From assembly GCA_026224825.1 (NCBI GenBank), contig JAMFRO010000093.1:4946-68945 (forward strand): 64,000 bases of DNA. The letters run 5' to 3'. Shown here piece after piece: positions 1-9,619 of the stretch (its first letter is position 1; every line of letters starts with the position of its first letter). Both the position numbers and the translations under genes were made by a program. Below the pieces are notes generated by a model that ran no database searches, was not told where the DNA came from, and saw nothing but the letters and a program-made list of their open reading frames with translations. The stretch is from a bacterium. Its GTDB lineage: Bacteria; Pseudomonadota; Alphaproteobacteria; Acetobacterales; Acetobacteraceae.

Positions 1-965
1 CAGGGGCTGTGGTTTTCGGCGGTTTCTTTCACCGTCCAGGCGAAAAAATCCTCATAGCCGCGGTGAAACGGTTTGCCTGCCACTGCCATCGCGTCGCCAC
101 GGCGTTTTTTAACGAGGAATTCCTCGAAGGACTTACCCCAGAAATGCTCGATCCAGCCACCGGCGCCGGTGCGGTACTGGGGGTACCAGCCATCCGTCTG
201 CTCGATGATGGCAAAACGGCTGTCGCGTAGAATGCGCGGCTGGTCGAAGCGCGGGAAATGCACCTGGCTCAGCGAGGTGACATGGCGCAGCCTGGTCACG
301 CATTTGGTGATGACATGGGGCAAGGCGTGGGGGAAGCGTTCGGCCAGCAGCCCCGGTCCGCGCTCGAAATCGCGCGGCCATTGCCGTGCGTGCCAGGGGA
401 AGAGCAGGGCCTCGGTATCCGCGGGCGCGGCGGCCAGAAGTTGGCGCATGTCATGGCCGTAGCGCGCATCGGGCAGCAGAAACTCGTCCACATCCACCAC
501 CGCGACCCATTCGTACAGCCGCAGCTCCGGCAGCAGGGCCAGGGCGTGGCTGTAGTTTTTCAACTGCACATTCACGCCCGGCCCGCTTGCCACCGGAATG
601 ACCACCACCGGCGCATTGGCCACGAACCAGCGCAGCATTTCATCGGTGCCGTCGCTATTGTCGTTGGTATAGATGAAGATCGTATCCACCCCGATGGCGA
701 GGTGATGCGCGATCCATTCCGCCAGATCCGGCGCCTCGTTGCAGGCCATGCTCAGCACGGCGAGTTTCTGGCGTGGCTCGATCTGCCCCAGTGCGTTGTG
801 CAGCTCCTGGCGCAGCGCGCTCCAATGGGCCGGCTCCGTGTCCTGCGCCAGTGCATCCAGCGCCGGGCCTACCGGCGGGGGTGCGGCAAAAATATCATCC
901 GCCCAGGCCAGCCCGGCGATGCGCCGCAGTGTTGCGGCATAGGCGGCCTCAAGCGCTGCGTTCAT
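1..965 (-). CDS. glycosyltransferase, GT92/DUF23-like (partial; C-terminus lies beyond the left edge)
   Basis: Not in the ORF track because it has no stop in the window. Manual minus-strand translation from ATG 965..963 is open to position 1: MNAALEAAYAATLRRIAGLAW...MACNEAPDLAEWIAHHLAIGVDTIFIYTNDNSDGTDEML...VVDVDEFLL (DxD-type motif). High GC3. The ATG overlaps the der stop (ATGA). Confidence 0.55.
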   Translation of the reverse strand, partial: MNAALEAAYAATLRRIAGLAWADDIFAAPPPVGPALDALAQDTEPAHWSALRQELHNALGQIEPRQKLAVLSMACNEAPDLAEWIAHHLAIGVDTIFIYTNDNSDGTDEMLRWFVANAPVVVIPVASGPGVNVQLKNYSHALALLPELRLYEWVAVVDVDEFLLPDARYGHDMRQLLAAAPADTEALLFPWHARQWPRDFERGPGLLAERFPHALPHVITKCVTRLRHVTSLSQVHFPRFDQPRILRDSRFAIIEQTDGWYPQYRTGAGGWIEHFWGKSFEEFLVKKRRGDAMAVAGKPFHRGYEDFFAWTVKETAENHSP

Positions 966-2302
966 TTATCCGCGTAGGGATTTTCCGTGCCGCGCAGATA
1001 GATACGGATCGGCACGCCCGGCATGTCGAATGTTTCGCGGAAGTTGTTCACGAGATAGCGCTGATACGTCTCAGGTACCTGCTCGGCGCGGGTGCCGAAC
1101 AAAGCAAAAGTCGGTGGCCTGGCCTTGATCTGCGTGATGTAGCGCAGTTTCAGCCGCCGCCCCTGGACCATCGGCGGCGGGAAGCGCTCCAATGCGGTCT
1201 CAAACCAGCGGTTGAGCTGGCTGGTGGGGATGCGCATGTTCCAATGTTCGTAAGTGGCGCGGATGGCGGGGAAGAGTTTGTCCACGCCTTCGCCGGTTTC
1301 GGCGGAGATGGGCACCACGGTGATGCCCTTCATCTGCGACAGCGAGATGGAGATGCGGTCGTAGGCGGCCTGGCGGGCTTTGCCGCGGTCTTCCACAGCG
1401 TCCCATTTGGTCAGCGCGATAACGCAGCCGCGCCCTTCGCGCTCAATCAGCCGGGCGATGTGCAGATCCTGTTCTTGAACACCGTTCACGGCATCAACCG
1501 CGAGCACCGCCATCTCGGCCCGCTTCAGCGCCTCGATGGCCGACGAGGTGGACATGCGCTCCAGCCCCTCATCCACCTTGGCGCGTTTGCGTAAGCCCGC
1601 CGTGTCCACCACGCGGTAGAGCTTGTCATCCGGCCCGGTGAAATCCACCGAGACGGAATCGCGGGTCAGGCCCGGTTCCGGGCCGGTGATCATGCGCTGC
1701 TCGCCGAGCAGATAGTTCAGCAAAGTGGATTTGCCCGCATTGGGGCGCCCGACGATGGCTAGATGCAGCGGCAGGTTTTCCGCGTCCTCATCCGAGGTTT
1801 TTTCCAGCTTGGGCAGGAGATCGGCGATATCCTGCATCAGCCCGTACATGCCCTCATTATGCTCAGCCGAGATGCCCACCGGCTCGCCCAGCCCCAGCTC
1901 ATAGGCTTCCATGGTGGCGGCGGCCCCGCCGCGCCCCTCGGCTTTGTTGGCCACAACAAGCACTTTTTTACCCGTACGGCGCAGCCAGGTGGCAAAATGC
2001 CTATCCTCGGGCAGCAGCCCGCTCCTGGCATCGAACACGAATAACACCAGATCCGCCTCATTCACCGCATGGGTGGTGGAGGCGCGCATGCGGCCCGGCA
2101 GCGTATCCGGTGCGGCTTCCTCCAGCCCGGCGGTATCCACAACAAGAACTTTCCGGCCGCCGAGTTCGCACACGGCCTCCTTGCGGTCGCGGGTTACCCC
2201 CGGCGTATCGGCAACCAGCGCCAGGCGCGAGCCGATGAGGCGGTTAAAGAGTGTGGACTTGCCGACATTCGGGCGTCCAGCGATGACGACATGAGGAAGC
2301 AT
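962..2302 (-). CDS. der: ribosome-associated GTPase Der/EngA
   Basis: Two tandem GTPase domains: GRPNVGKSTLFNRL and GRPNAGKSTLLNYL P-loops, with DTAG motifs. I place the start at MLPHVVIAG (ATG 2302), trimming the 65-aa Arg-rich extension of the 511-aa ORF. Confidence 0.9.
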   Translation of the reverse strand: MLPHVVIAGRPNVGKSTLFNRLIGSRLALVADTPGVTRDRKEAVCELGGRKVLVVDTAGLEEAAPDTLPGRMRASTTHAVNEADLVLFVFDARSGLLPEDRHFATWLRRTGKKVLVVANKAEGRGGAAATMEAYELGLGEPVGISAEHNEGMYGLMQDIADLLPKLEKTSDEDAENLPLHLAIVGRPNAGKSTLLNYLLGEQRMITGPEPGLTRDSVSVDFTGPDDKLYRVVDTAGLRKRAKVDEGLERMSTSSAIEALKRAEMAVLAVDAVNGVQEQDLHIARLIEREGRGCVIALTKWDAVEDRGKARQAAYDRISISLSQMKGITVVPISAETGEGVDKLFPAIRATYEHWNMRIPTSQLNRWFETALERFPPPMVQGRRLKLRYITQIKARPPTFALFGTRAEQVPETYQRYLVNNFRETFDMPGVPIRIYLRGTENPYADK

Positions 2303-3621
2303 TAACCATAAGCAGTCAGTTTTGCATTGCGCGTAAGCTGCAGCAGCACGCCGGCAGCGGCGATGGGGGGCATATCGGCGGGGGCGTCGAGTTTCGCGGT
2401 CTGCGTGATCTTGCCGGACACGGCATCCACCAGCGCCACTTCGCCGTGGTCGTTGGTCAGCACGAGCAAGCCGTTTATCAGCACTGGCCCGGTCCACAAT
2501 ATCGGCTTGCTCTTGCTCTTGGGCTTCTTATAGGCCGGCAGTTGCACGCTCCAGTCCACCAGCCCGTCATCGGCATGCAAGGCGTAGAGTGTCTGCGTGC
2601 CATCGACCAGGAACAGGAACCCGCCCGCGGCGGCCGGGGCGCTGGTGCCGGACACACCCTTGGTCCACACCTTCACGCCCGAATGCAGATCCACCGCCAT
2701 GAACGTGTCGCCCAGGTTGAGGGCATAGACCACGCCATTGGCGATGATGGGGGAGGCGACGATATCGGAGAAATCCAGCGCGCTGGCCTGGCCGTAGCCG
2801 GCCGCCAGGCTCTGCTCCCAGAGCGGCGTGCCGGATTTGGCGTCTATGGCCGCCAGCATGCCGGTGGAGAAGCCGGCGACGATGATGCCATCCGCATAGG
2901 CCGGTGCACCGGTGATGCCCACGGCCGCGCCGCTGGCCTGACCGGCATTGCCCGAGAAGCGCCAGCCCGGCGTGCCGGTGGCGGCGTCGAAGGTCATCAG
3001 CAGGTCGTTATACACGGTCACGGCCACCAGCCCGCCCGCCACCAGCGGTGCGCTGCGGGCCGGCAGCAGCAGCGTCTGGCGCCACAGGATCTTGCCGCTG
3101 GCGGCATCCAGGGCCAGCACCTCGCCATAGCCGGTGCTGGCGTAGATCGTGCCGGAATCATAGGCGATGCCGCCGCCCATGTTCTGGATGGTGGTGTGCT
3201 TGGGCCGGGTGCTGGTGTGCCAGAGCGCATGCCCGTCGGCTAGCGCATAGGCATGCACGGTGGCGTCCGAATCCATGGTGAAGGCCTGGCCGTTGGCGAC
3301 CAGCGGGCTCGCCCGCAATTGCGCGCGGTAACCGCCGGCGGCACCGGCATCGGTAGCCCACAGCGGTTTGAAGTTGAGGGGTGCCGCAACATTGCCCGGC
3401 GCATGCGCGGCATTGGCCAGGCTCTGCGTCCAATCCGCCAGCGGGGCGGCGGGCGGCAGGGTCACAGGCGGCGCGTCGAGCGCCACACCCATGCCGGTAT
3501 CCGTGGCCACCACGGGGATCTGCGTACCGATGATCGGCGATTTTTTCGCGGCACAGGCGGTGAGGAAAGCCAGCGTCAGGCCCGATAGAGCGGTACGGCG
3601 TCGCATCATGGTATTGGTCAT
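2302..3621 (-). CDS. bamB: outer membrane assembly lipoprotein BamB (PQQ-like beta-propeller)
   Basis: Lipoprotein signal with lipobox LTAC. Repeated beta-propeller blades (ILWRQ, PGWRF, PLWEQ, KVWTK). Conserved position directly upstream of der. Its stop overlaps the der ATG. Confidence 0.85.
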   Translation of the reverse strand: MTNTMMRRRTALSGLTLAFLTACAAKKSPIIGTQIPVVATDTGMGVALDAPPVTLPPAAPLADWTQSLANAAHAPGNVAAPLNFKPLWATDAGAAGGYRAQLRASPLVANGQAFTMDSDATVHAYALADGHALWHTSTRPKHTTIQNMGGGIAYDSGTIYASTGYGEVLALDAASGKILWRQTLLLPARSAPLVAGGLVAVTVYNDLLMTFDAATGTPGWRFSGNAGQASGAAVGITGAPAYADGIIVAGFSTGMLAAIDAKSGTPLWEQSLAAGYGQASALDFSDIVASPIIANGVVYALNLGDTFMAVDLHSGVKVWTKGVSGTSAPAAAGGFLFLVDGTQTLYALHADDGLVDWSVQLPAYKKPKSKSKPILWTGPVLINGLLVLTNDHGEVALVDAVSGKITQTAKLDAPADMPPIAAAGVLLQLTRNAKLTAYG

Positions 3622-4286
3622 CCGTTCAGGCTGGCGAGAAGTGCGGCGGCGCGGTTGCGCAGATTATCGGTGGCGTGCGGGTCGGTGGCAATCTGCGTGA
3701 ACAGCACTTTCGCGCCGGCGTCATTGCCCTGGCGCAGATAGACCAACCCCTGCAGCTCGCGCGCCACCGGGTGGTAGGCATTGCCATCCAACGCCAGCGG
3801 CTGGAGTTTTGCCAGCACATCGGCATCCGGCGCCACGCCGATGCTATGTTGCGCCCAGAGCAGGGTGGCGAGGTCGCGCAACAGCGGGTCGGCGGCGCCA
3901 TCCTGGGCCACGCCGGTCCATAAAGCGGCGGCCTGCGGCTCCTGGCCGGCATTGGCGTACAAAACCGCGGCGCGCAGATTGGCCAGGGTTTTATAGCCCT
4001 CCGGCGCCCCTGCCGCGAAATCATTCAGCGCCTTGGCACTCTGTGTGGCCTGGTCGGGGCTCGGCGCGGGGGCGTTCGGCTGGTCCAGCGCGTCGGTAAG
4101 GGCCAGGAATTTCAGCGCGGCCTGGGTGTTCTGGCGCGCCTGATGATCCTGCCAGCCCTGCTGCACGCCAACGCCCAGCAGCACCGCGACGCAGGCCGCC
4201 AGCAGCCAGATGCCGTAGCTCTTGGCCAGCTTCACAGCCTGGTCGTGCCGCAGATCCTCGGCAACCTCGTCAAAAATATCGGGCAC
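3618..4286 (-). CDS. YfgM-like membrane-anchored TPR protein
   Basis: N-terminal cytoplasmic tail, a single TM (IWLLAACVAVLLGVGV), then a TPR-like Ala-rich periplasmic domain. Conserved synteny upstream of bamB-der. ATGA overlap with bamB. Confidence 0.6.
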   Translation of the reverse strand: MPDIFDEVAEDLRHDQAVKLAKSYGIWLLAACVAVLLGVGVQQGWQDHQARQNTQAALKFLALTDALDQPNAPAPSPDQATQSAKALNDFAAGAPEGYKTLANLRAAVLYANAGQEPQAAALWTGVAQDGAADPLLRDLATLLWAQHSIGVAPDADVLAKLQPLALDGNAYHPVARELQGLVYLRQGNDAGAKVLFTQIATDPHATDNLRNRAAALLASLNG

Positions 4287-4319
4287 GCGCGCGTCCTTAA
4301 ATCCTATACCGCGCTTCTC

Positions 4320-5669
4320 TTAGCCGGGCGTGCCGTCTGCGGCAACGCACGAGGCCAAACGCCTGGCCACAAGCTCCCGGCCGATGAGGGGTAAAAGCTT
4401 CGCCATTTCCGGCCCGTGCTCCTCGCCGGTGAGCGCCAGGCGCAAAGGCTGGAACAAATCCCGGCCTTTGGCGCCTGTGGCTTCGGAAATAACGGTGCTC
4501 CAGGGCTTCCACGTCGCCTCGTCCCAGGGCTCGGGCGGCAGGCTGTCCAGGGCGGCGCGCCATACGGGGATATGCGCCGGCAGTGCGGGGAGTATAAATT
4601 CGCCGGCCACCACCTCCCACCAGCGCCTGGCCTCGGTCAGCATGTCGATATTATCCCGAATCGCATTCCAGAATTTTGGCGTGGCACCCTCGGGCAGGCG
4701 GTCCTTTACGGCATCAAATTCAATATGGTGCAATAACTTACGGTTCAGCGCCACCAACTGGCGGGCGTCGAAACGCGGCGTAGAGCGTGAGAAATCCGAC
4801 AGCGAGAAGCTGGCGACGAGTTCGGGCAAGGGCAGGGGGGCAGGGTCTTTATTCGTGCCCAATCGCGCCAGGTACGAGGTGATGGCCCCCGGCTCGATGC
4901 CATCCTTGCGCAGGGATTTAAGCGAGATGGAGCCGATGCGCTTGGAGAGTTTCTCGCCATCCCCGCCGGAGATGAGCGGCAGATGCGCGAAACGCGGCAC
5001 CGGCTTTTTTGTAATCGCTTGAAACAGATCGATCTGCACGGCGGTGTTGGACACATGGTCCTCGCCACGGATGATATGCGTGATGTCCATATCCGCATCA
5101 TCCACCACCGAGGTGAAGGTATAGAGGGGCGAGCCGTCGGCGCGGATGAGCACCGGGTCCGACACCGTGCCGAGGCGAATATTGCGCGAACCCAGCACCA
5201 GATCGTTCCAGGAGGCCGCACCATCCGAGAGCTTGAAGCGCCAATACGGGCGCTTGCCGTTGGCCTCCGCCGTGGCGCGCTGCTCCGCCGTCATGTTCAG
5301 TGCCCCGCGGTCATAAATGGGGGGGAGCTTGCGCTTCACCAGTGCGGCGCGCTTGGAGGCCAGCTCGTCCTCGCCCTCGAAGCACGGATACAGCCGCCCG
5401 GTGGCTTTCAGCTGGTCGGCAACCTCCTCATAACGGGCAAACCGCTCGGATTGCTTGGCGTTCTCATCCCATTCAATCCCCAGCCAGCGCAGGTCGTCGT
5501 AGAGCCCCTGCTCAAACTCCGGCCGGCCGCGCTCGGTATCGGTATCGTCCAGCCGGAGGAGCAACCTCCCCCCCTCACGCCTGGCGAACAGATAATTCAC
5601 CAGCGCCGTGCGCGCATTACCAACATGCAGATACCCCGTGGGGCTGGGAGCAAACCGAACTTTTACCAT
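4320..5669 (-). CDS. gltX: glutamate--tRNA ligase
   Basis: Class I signature RFAPSPTGYLHVGNARTAL and KLSKR (KMSKS-type) motif. 449 aa. Confidence 0.9.
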   Translation of the reverse strand: MVKVRFAPSPTGYLHVGNARTALVNYLFARREGGRLLLRLDDTDTERGRPEFEQGLYDDLRWLGIEWDENAKQSERFARYEEVADQLKATGRLYPCFEGEDELASKRAALVKRKLPPIYDRGALNMTAEQRATAEANGKRPYWRFKLSDGAASWNDLVLGSRNIRLGTVSDPVLIRADGSPLYTFTSVVDDADMDITHIIRGEDHVSNTAVQIDLFQAITKKPVPRFAHLPLISGGDGEKLSKRIGSISLKSLRKDGIEPGAITSYLARLGTNKDPAPLPLPELVASFSLSDFSRSTPRFDARQLVALNRKLLHHIEFDAVKDRLPEGATPKFWNAIRDNIDMLTEARRWWEVVAGEFILPALPAHIPVWRAALDSLPPEPWDEATWKPWSTVISEATGAKGRDLFQPLRLALTGEEHGPEMAKLLPLIGRELVARRLASCVAADGTPG

Positions 5670-5915
5670 CCGCGCGGGTTAGACTTGCTGGCTGAGCAAG
5701 GCAAGGGCTTCTCTCTTGGGGGCGTCTCCGTGCGAATTGCCGCTCAGGCTCCCATTCAGCCTTGGCCGACTTCCCGTTGCTCCCGAAACGGGCCTTTGAT
5801 GGTGCCAAATTTATGATTTATGCACCATCTTGTCCGAAAAGGACCGCATCGTCGATGTTGTGCCAGAGATAATGATCCGGCATCGTGCCAGAAATGACGG
5901 AGAGGTAGCGATGCG

Positions 5916-6743
5916 ATGCGGGTGTTTGGACTGACCTTAGTGCTGCTTTGCACCTTCCTTTCAGGCGTCAGCGCTCAAACAACACCGGCTAACCCAGGCA
6001 CCGCTCTGCTGCGCGCCGTTAAAACCGTGGCCGATAGCAACCGGATTGATGATCCAGTCACTGTCGGCAGGATTTTGCATCTGTCTTTTTCCCTGAGCGG
6101 CCAAAGAGTCGATGCCCTCCCCACTTGCACGGCCCATGGAGGGTGGTTCGAAAACGACTATGCCGTGGAGGGCGAGTCTCGGTTTCACACTCTACCCTCT
6201 GGCATAAGCCGTATGATCCTTCCTATTGATGATGGTCCGGCTATGGCTGGATTGAACGTCCCAGGGAAGGTTGTCCAGATAACGGACGAGCCTGAAATCG
6301 GCTACGAGACTTTCCATATGGAGGGCTGTCCCCCGGGGACGAGAATCCCCCATGCTTGGCTGCGAGCGGGCATCAGTATCGTGAACATCCCGCCGTACAG
6401 CTGCATCAGTGAATCTGATATCAAAGCCGTTTTTGGCCCCAAACCAGGACCGGCGACATCCTTCCCTGAACCCGGAATGGTCGCGGAGGTTCACCCTGAC
6501 CGTACCATAGAATTTATCGGTCCGAGAGGACCACCAAACAAGCCAGGGGCAGTTTTTTTGTACAATCTCAGCTTTCCGCTGCCCAGTCCTTCCCTCGGAA
6601 TAACAGCCACACGCGAGATTGGTGTGAGTTTCTGGATGACTGAACAGGCAGGTAAACCCAATCATCGAGACGAGCCGGAATGCTTGCTAATGCTGGAGAT
6701 TGAAAGCCGTATTGGCTGGGTGGGGTCTGATGCTTCCTTTTGA
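5916..6743 (+). CDS. hypothetical secreted protein (orphan, atypical composition)
   Basis: Signal peptide MRVFGLTLVLLCTFLSGVSAQ. No recognisable family. Uses ATA, AGA, AGG, TTA, CTA and GGA codons that are rare in the rest of the window. Confidence 0.5.
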   Translation: MRVFGLTLVLLCTFLSGVSAQTTPANPGTALLRAVKTVADSNRIDDPVTVGRILHLSFSLSGQRVDALPTCTAHGGWFENDYAVEGESRFHTLPSGISRMILPIDDGPAMAGLNVPGKVVQITDEPEIGYETFHMEGCPPGTRIPHAWLRAGISIVNIPPYSCISESDIKAVFGPKPGPATSFPEPGMVAEVHPDRTIEFIGPRGPPNKPGAVFLYNLSFPLPSPSLGITATREIGVSFWMTEQAGKPNHRDEPECLLMLEIESRIGWVGSDASF

Positions 6744-6811
6744 AGCAGAATGAAGACCCTTGAACGCAACAAGGGCTAACCCTGGATACCGCTGAGGCAG
6801 GGCCTCCCCCT

Positions 6812-8083
6812 TTAAACCCCCAGCGCATCCCTCGCCCGGTACCACCAACTCCCCGCTACCGTCAGCGGCACCCTGAACACCTTTCCCCCAGGGAACGGAA
6901 AATAAGGCAGTCCGGCAAACACATCGAACCGCGAATTATCCCCTGTCACCGACTCCGCCAGCAGCCGGGCCAGCAGATGCGTCGTCGTCACCCCATGCCC
7001 GCTATCGCCATGGGAAAAATAAACTTTTTCTCCCAGTTTCCCAATCTGTGGAAACCGCGTCAGCGTCAGCGCAAAATTCCCGCTCCAGGCGTAGTCAATC
7101 TTCGCGTCTTTGAGTGTCGGAAACGTCTTCAGCATATTCGGCAAAATCTTCGCTTTGATGCTCGCCGGATCAGACCCGCCATACACAATCCCGCCGCCGT
7201 ACAGAATTCGCCCCTCGGCCGTGCGTCTAAAATAATCCAGCACATAATTGGCATCTTCCACACACACGTTGGAGGGCAGCAGCCGTGCCGCCTCATCGCC
7301 CAGCGGTTCCGTCGCCAGCACCTGGGTAGAAACCGGCATCACCCGCCCCTCCAGCGCCGGCAGCACGCCCTGCAAATAAGCATTGCCGCACACCAGCACC
7401 GTCTTCGCCCGCACCTCGCCCGCCGCCGTGCGCACCACGGCATTGTCCATATCCACGGACACCACCGGCGAGCCCTCAAAAATCCGCCCGCCCAGGCTCT
7501 CAAACGCCGCCGCCTCGCCCTGCACCAGATTCAACGGATGAATATGCCCGCCGCGCTTGTCCAGCAGCCCGCCCACGTAACGTCCCGTCGTCACATGCGG
7601 CGCCAGCCCGGCTTTATCAAGCAGCTCGAACTGGTCGTACCCGAACCCGTTCCACGTCTTCACATGGTGTTCCAGCCCGCGCATCTGCCGCGCGGAAAAT
7701 GCCGTGATCAGCATCCCCGGACGCACATCGCAGGCAATGCCATATTTTTCCGCACGGCTGCGAATAATATCCCCGCCCTCATTGGCCAGCCCGCCGATCA
7801 CCCTGCCGGCCGTCTCGCCATAGCGCGCGGCAATCACATCCAGATCGCGCGAATACCCGTTCACGATCTGCCCGCCATTGCGCCCCGAGGCGCCGAACCC
7901 CACGCGCACGGCCTCTAGCACGACCACCGAAACCCCGCGCTCGGCCAGCTCCAATGCGGCGTTGATGCCGGTAAACCCGGCGCCGATGACGCAGACATCC
8001 GCACTCACGGTGCCGCTGAGCGCCGGCCGTGCGTCCTGCTTATGTGCGGTGGCCGCGTAATAGGAGTTCACATGCGCTGTCAT
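6812..8083 (-). CDS. FAD-dependent oxidoreductase (gamma-glutamylputrescine oxidase/PuuB-OrdL-like)
   Basis: N-terminal dinucleotide fold VCVIGAGFTGINAALELAERG. DAO-family length (423 aa) and overall similarity to PuuB-type enzymes. Confidence 0.8.
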   Translation of the reverse strand: MTAHVNSYYAATAHKQDARPALSGTVSADVCVIGAGFTGINAALELAERGVSVVVLEAVRVGFGASGRNGGQIVNGYSRDLDVIAARYGETAGRVIGGLANEGGDIIRSRAEKYGIACDVRPGMLITAFSARQMRGLEHHVKTWNGFGYDQFELLDKAGLAPHVTTGRYVGGLLDKRGGHIHPLNLVQGEAAAFESLGGRIFEGSPVVSVDMDNAVVRTAAGEVRAKTVLVCGNAYLQGVLPALEGRVMPVSTQVLATEPLGDEAARLLPSNVCVEDANYVLDYFRRTAEGRILYGGGIVYGGSDPASIKAKILPNMLKTFPTLKDAKIDYAWSGNFALTLTRFPQIGKLGEKVYFSHGDSGHGVTTTHLLARLLAESVTGDNSRFDVFAGLPYFPFPGGKVFRVPLTVAGSWWYRARDALGV

Positions 8084-8556
8084 TTTTTGTTGGCCCCATC
8101 AGAGTCCGGCCCCATCAGAAACACGGCGAATATGGCGCCCAGAATGGTGAACGTAATCACCATCAACCGGATTCTGTAGGCCTCCGACCGTGCCTGCGCC
8201 AGAACTTCCACACGCATGTTCCGCGCCGCCGCCGCCACGCGCTCGGCCACAGGCCCGGTGCCGTTTTGCACGATGGCGGCGGTATCCGGGTCCACCAGAG
8301 CGGTATCGGGCACATCCTGCGTCATGCCGGCTTGCGTCGCCATGGCCGTCTGCGCCTCATTGCCGCTCAGTGCGGCAATCGCGGCGGCCTGGGCTTGGGC
8401 GTTAGGTGCGTCCAGCACCGCCTGCAACGCCTGCTCCTGGCGTATCTCATCCACCAACGGGGCGGGGATGGAAAAACTGGCGAAGGTGCCGATCAGACCG
8501 GGGAGCAGGAAGGCGCACAGCATGAAGCCGAGGCGCGCGGGGGAGAGTTTTGCCAT
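8080..8556 (-). CDS. hypothetical membrane protein (TM at each end)
   Basis: 158-aa ORF with high GC3. N-terminal TM FMLCAFLLPGLIGTFASF and C-terminal TM MVITFTILGAIFAVFLM. ATGA overlap with the downstream oxidoreductase. Confidence 0.5.
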   Translation of the reverse strand: MAKLSPARLGFMLCAFLLPGLIGTFASFSIPAPLVDEIRQEQALQAVLDAPNAQAQAAAIAALSGNEAQTAMATQAGMTQDVPDTALVDPDTAAIVQNGTGPVAERVAAAARNMRVEVLAQARSEAYRIRLMVITFTILGAIFAVFLMGPDSDGANKK

Positions 8557-8587
8557 AACCCAGCCTTTGGCTGGATTTTTGCACCTG

Positions 8588-8635
8588 TCAATTTACGGCT
8601 CAATTTATGGCTCAATTTATGGCTCAATTTACGGC
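8588..8635. repeat. 4 x 12-bp perfect-phase tandem repeat TCAATTTAYGGC
   Basis: Read directly: tcaatttacggc tcaatttatggc tcaatttatggc tcaatttacggc. The last unit supplies the final codons and stop (A V N TGA) of the DUF805 gene at 8624..9193. Confidence 0.95.
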
Positions 8636-9193
8636 TTGCAAATCCTGTGTCGGGTCGGGTCCGAAGCGGTTGTCGCCAGTCGTGCCTTGTTTAAAAATTG
8701 CCACGAGGAAGCGTATCCAGCCGAAAAAAAGCAACAGGCAGAGCAGGGCCACCACCACAGCAATATCGCGGATGATGGTCACTATATCCGGTCTGTCCTG
8801 CAAGCGCAGCAGCGCCCCGCTCGTAACCGCCAGCACGGATATGAGCAGCGGCGCCCAGCCCAGCAGGCTGCACCAGCCGGAACGGTTCGTGTCATGCAGC
8901 CGCCGCACTGTCACCGCCAGCCCAGGCAGCAGGAATACGAGCCAGGTCACATTGCAGAGAGCGGCATATTTCTGCGTCAAGAACGCTGTGCCCATGAGTG
9001 GAAACCTCACCGCATCCGGTACCGCTAGGCCTATGCAGGTGACGGCGATCATGTTCAGCGCACTGCCGGCAAGCCATTGGAACAGCGCCCACCACCAGAA
9101 TTCCGCGCGCGGTGCCCGTCCCCGGAAATCTGCATATTTTCGGAGACAAAGCCGCACCGCGGCAAAAAAATCCAGTGGCGGGACGCTGTCCAT
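8624..9193 (-). CDS. DUF805 (YhaH/YhaI-like) inner membrane protein, long form
   Basis: Motifs FRGRAPRAEFWWWALF, VRRLHDTNRSGW and GDNRFGPDP, with an extra TM region inserted in the middle. Confidence 0.75.
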   Translation of the reverse strand: MDSVPPLDFFAAVRLCLRKYADFRGRAPRAEFWWWALFQWLAGSALNMIAVTCIGLAVPDAVRFPLMGTAFLTQKYAALCNVTWLVFLLPGLAVTVRRLHDTNRSGWCSLLGWAPLLISVLAVTSGALLRLQDRPDIVTIIRDIAVVVALLCLLLFFGWIRFLVAIFKQGTTGDNRFGPDPTQDLQAVN

Positions 9194-9196
9194 GGT

Positions 9197-9619
9197 TCAA
9201 AAATCGCTTAGCGGGTCGGCGCCAAAACGGTTGTTGCCGCGCGTGCCGCGCATGCAGAACCAGATCAGAACCATGATTGCCCCGATGACCGGCACGAGCA
9301 GGAAGAAGTACCACCAGCCGGATTTGTTCAGATCATGGAACCGCCGCACCGCCACAGCGATTGAGGGCAGAAATGTCGCCAGCGAGAAGAGCCCGTAAAC
9401 CAGGCTGACGATGCTATGGAACGCATCCGGCGGCGGCATCACGCCGGTGGCCTTGAATTGTGCTATATTCTGTATGCTGTGCGGCAGGATCACGCTTTCC
9501 GCGCCGAGGGCGACGATGATGATGAACAGCCCCCACCACCAATATTCCGAGCGCGTGGCCCGCCCCTGAAACGTGACGTACTTGCTGAGGCAAGTGCTGA
9601 TCGCATCGAAAAATCCCAT
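9197..9619 (-). CDS. DUF805 inner membrane protein
   Basis: Start trimmed to MGFFDAISTCLSKYVTFQGRATRSEYWWWGLF. Also VRRFHDLNKSGWWYF and GNNRFGADP. Confidence 0.75.
   Translation of the reverse strand: MGFFDAISTCLSKYVTFQGRATRSEYWWWGLFIIIVALGAESVILPHSIQNIAQFKATGVMPPPDAFHSIVSLVYGLFSLATFLPSIAVAVRRFHDLNKSGWWYFFLLVPVIGAIMVLIWFCMRGTRGNNRFGADPLSDF

Noticed and set aside
258-977. 239-aa plus-strand ORF at the left edge (and 773..1594)
   Set aside because: The minus strand here encodes a coherent GT92-like protein with high GC3 and is open to the window edge. The plus-strand ORFs are its antisense frame and overlap der.
8588-8635. Possible CRISPR array
   Set aside because: The units are 12 bp and directly abutting with no spacers. 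This is a simple tandem repeat, and no cas genes are in the window.
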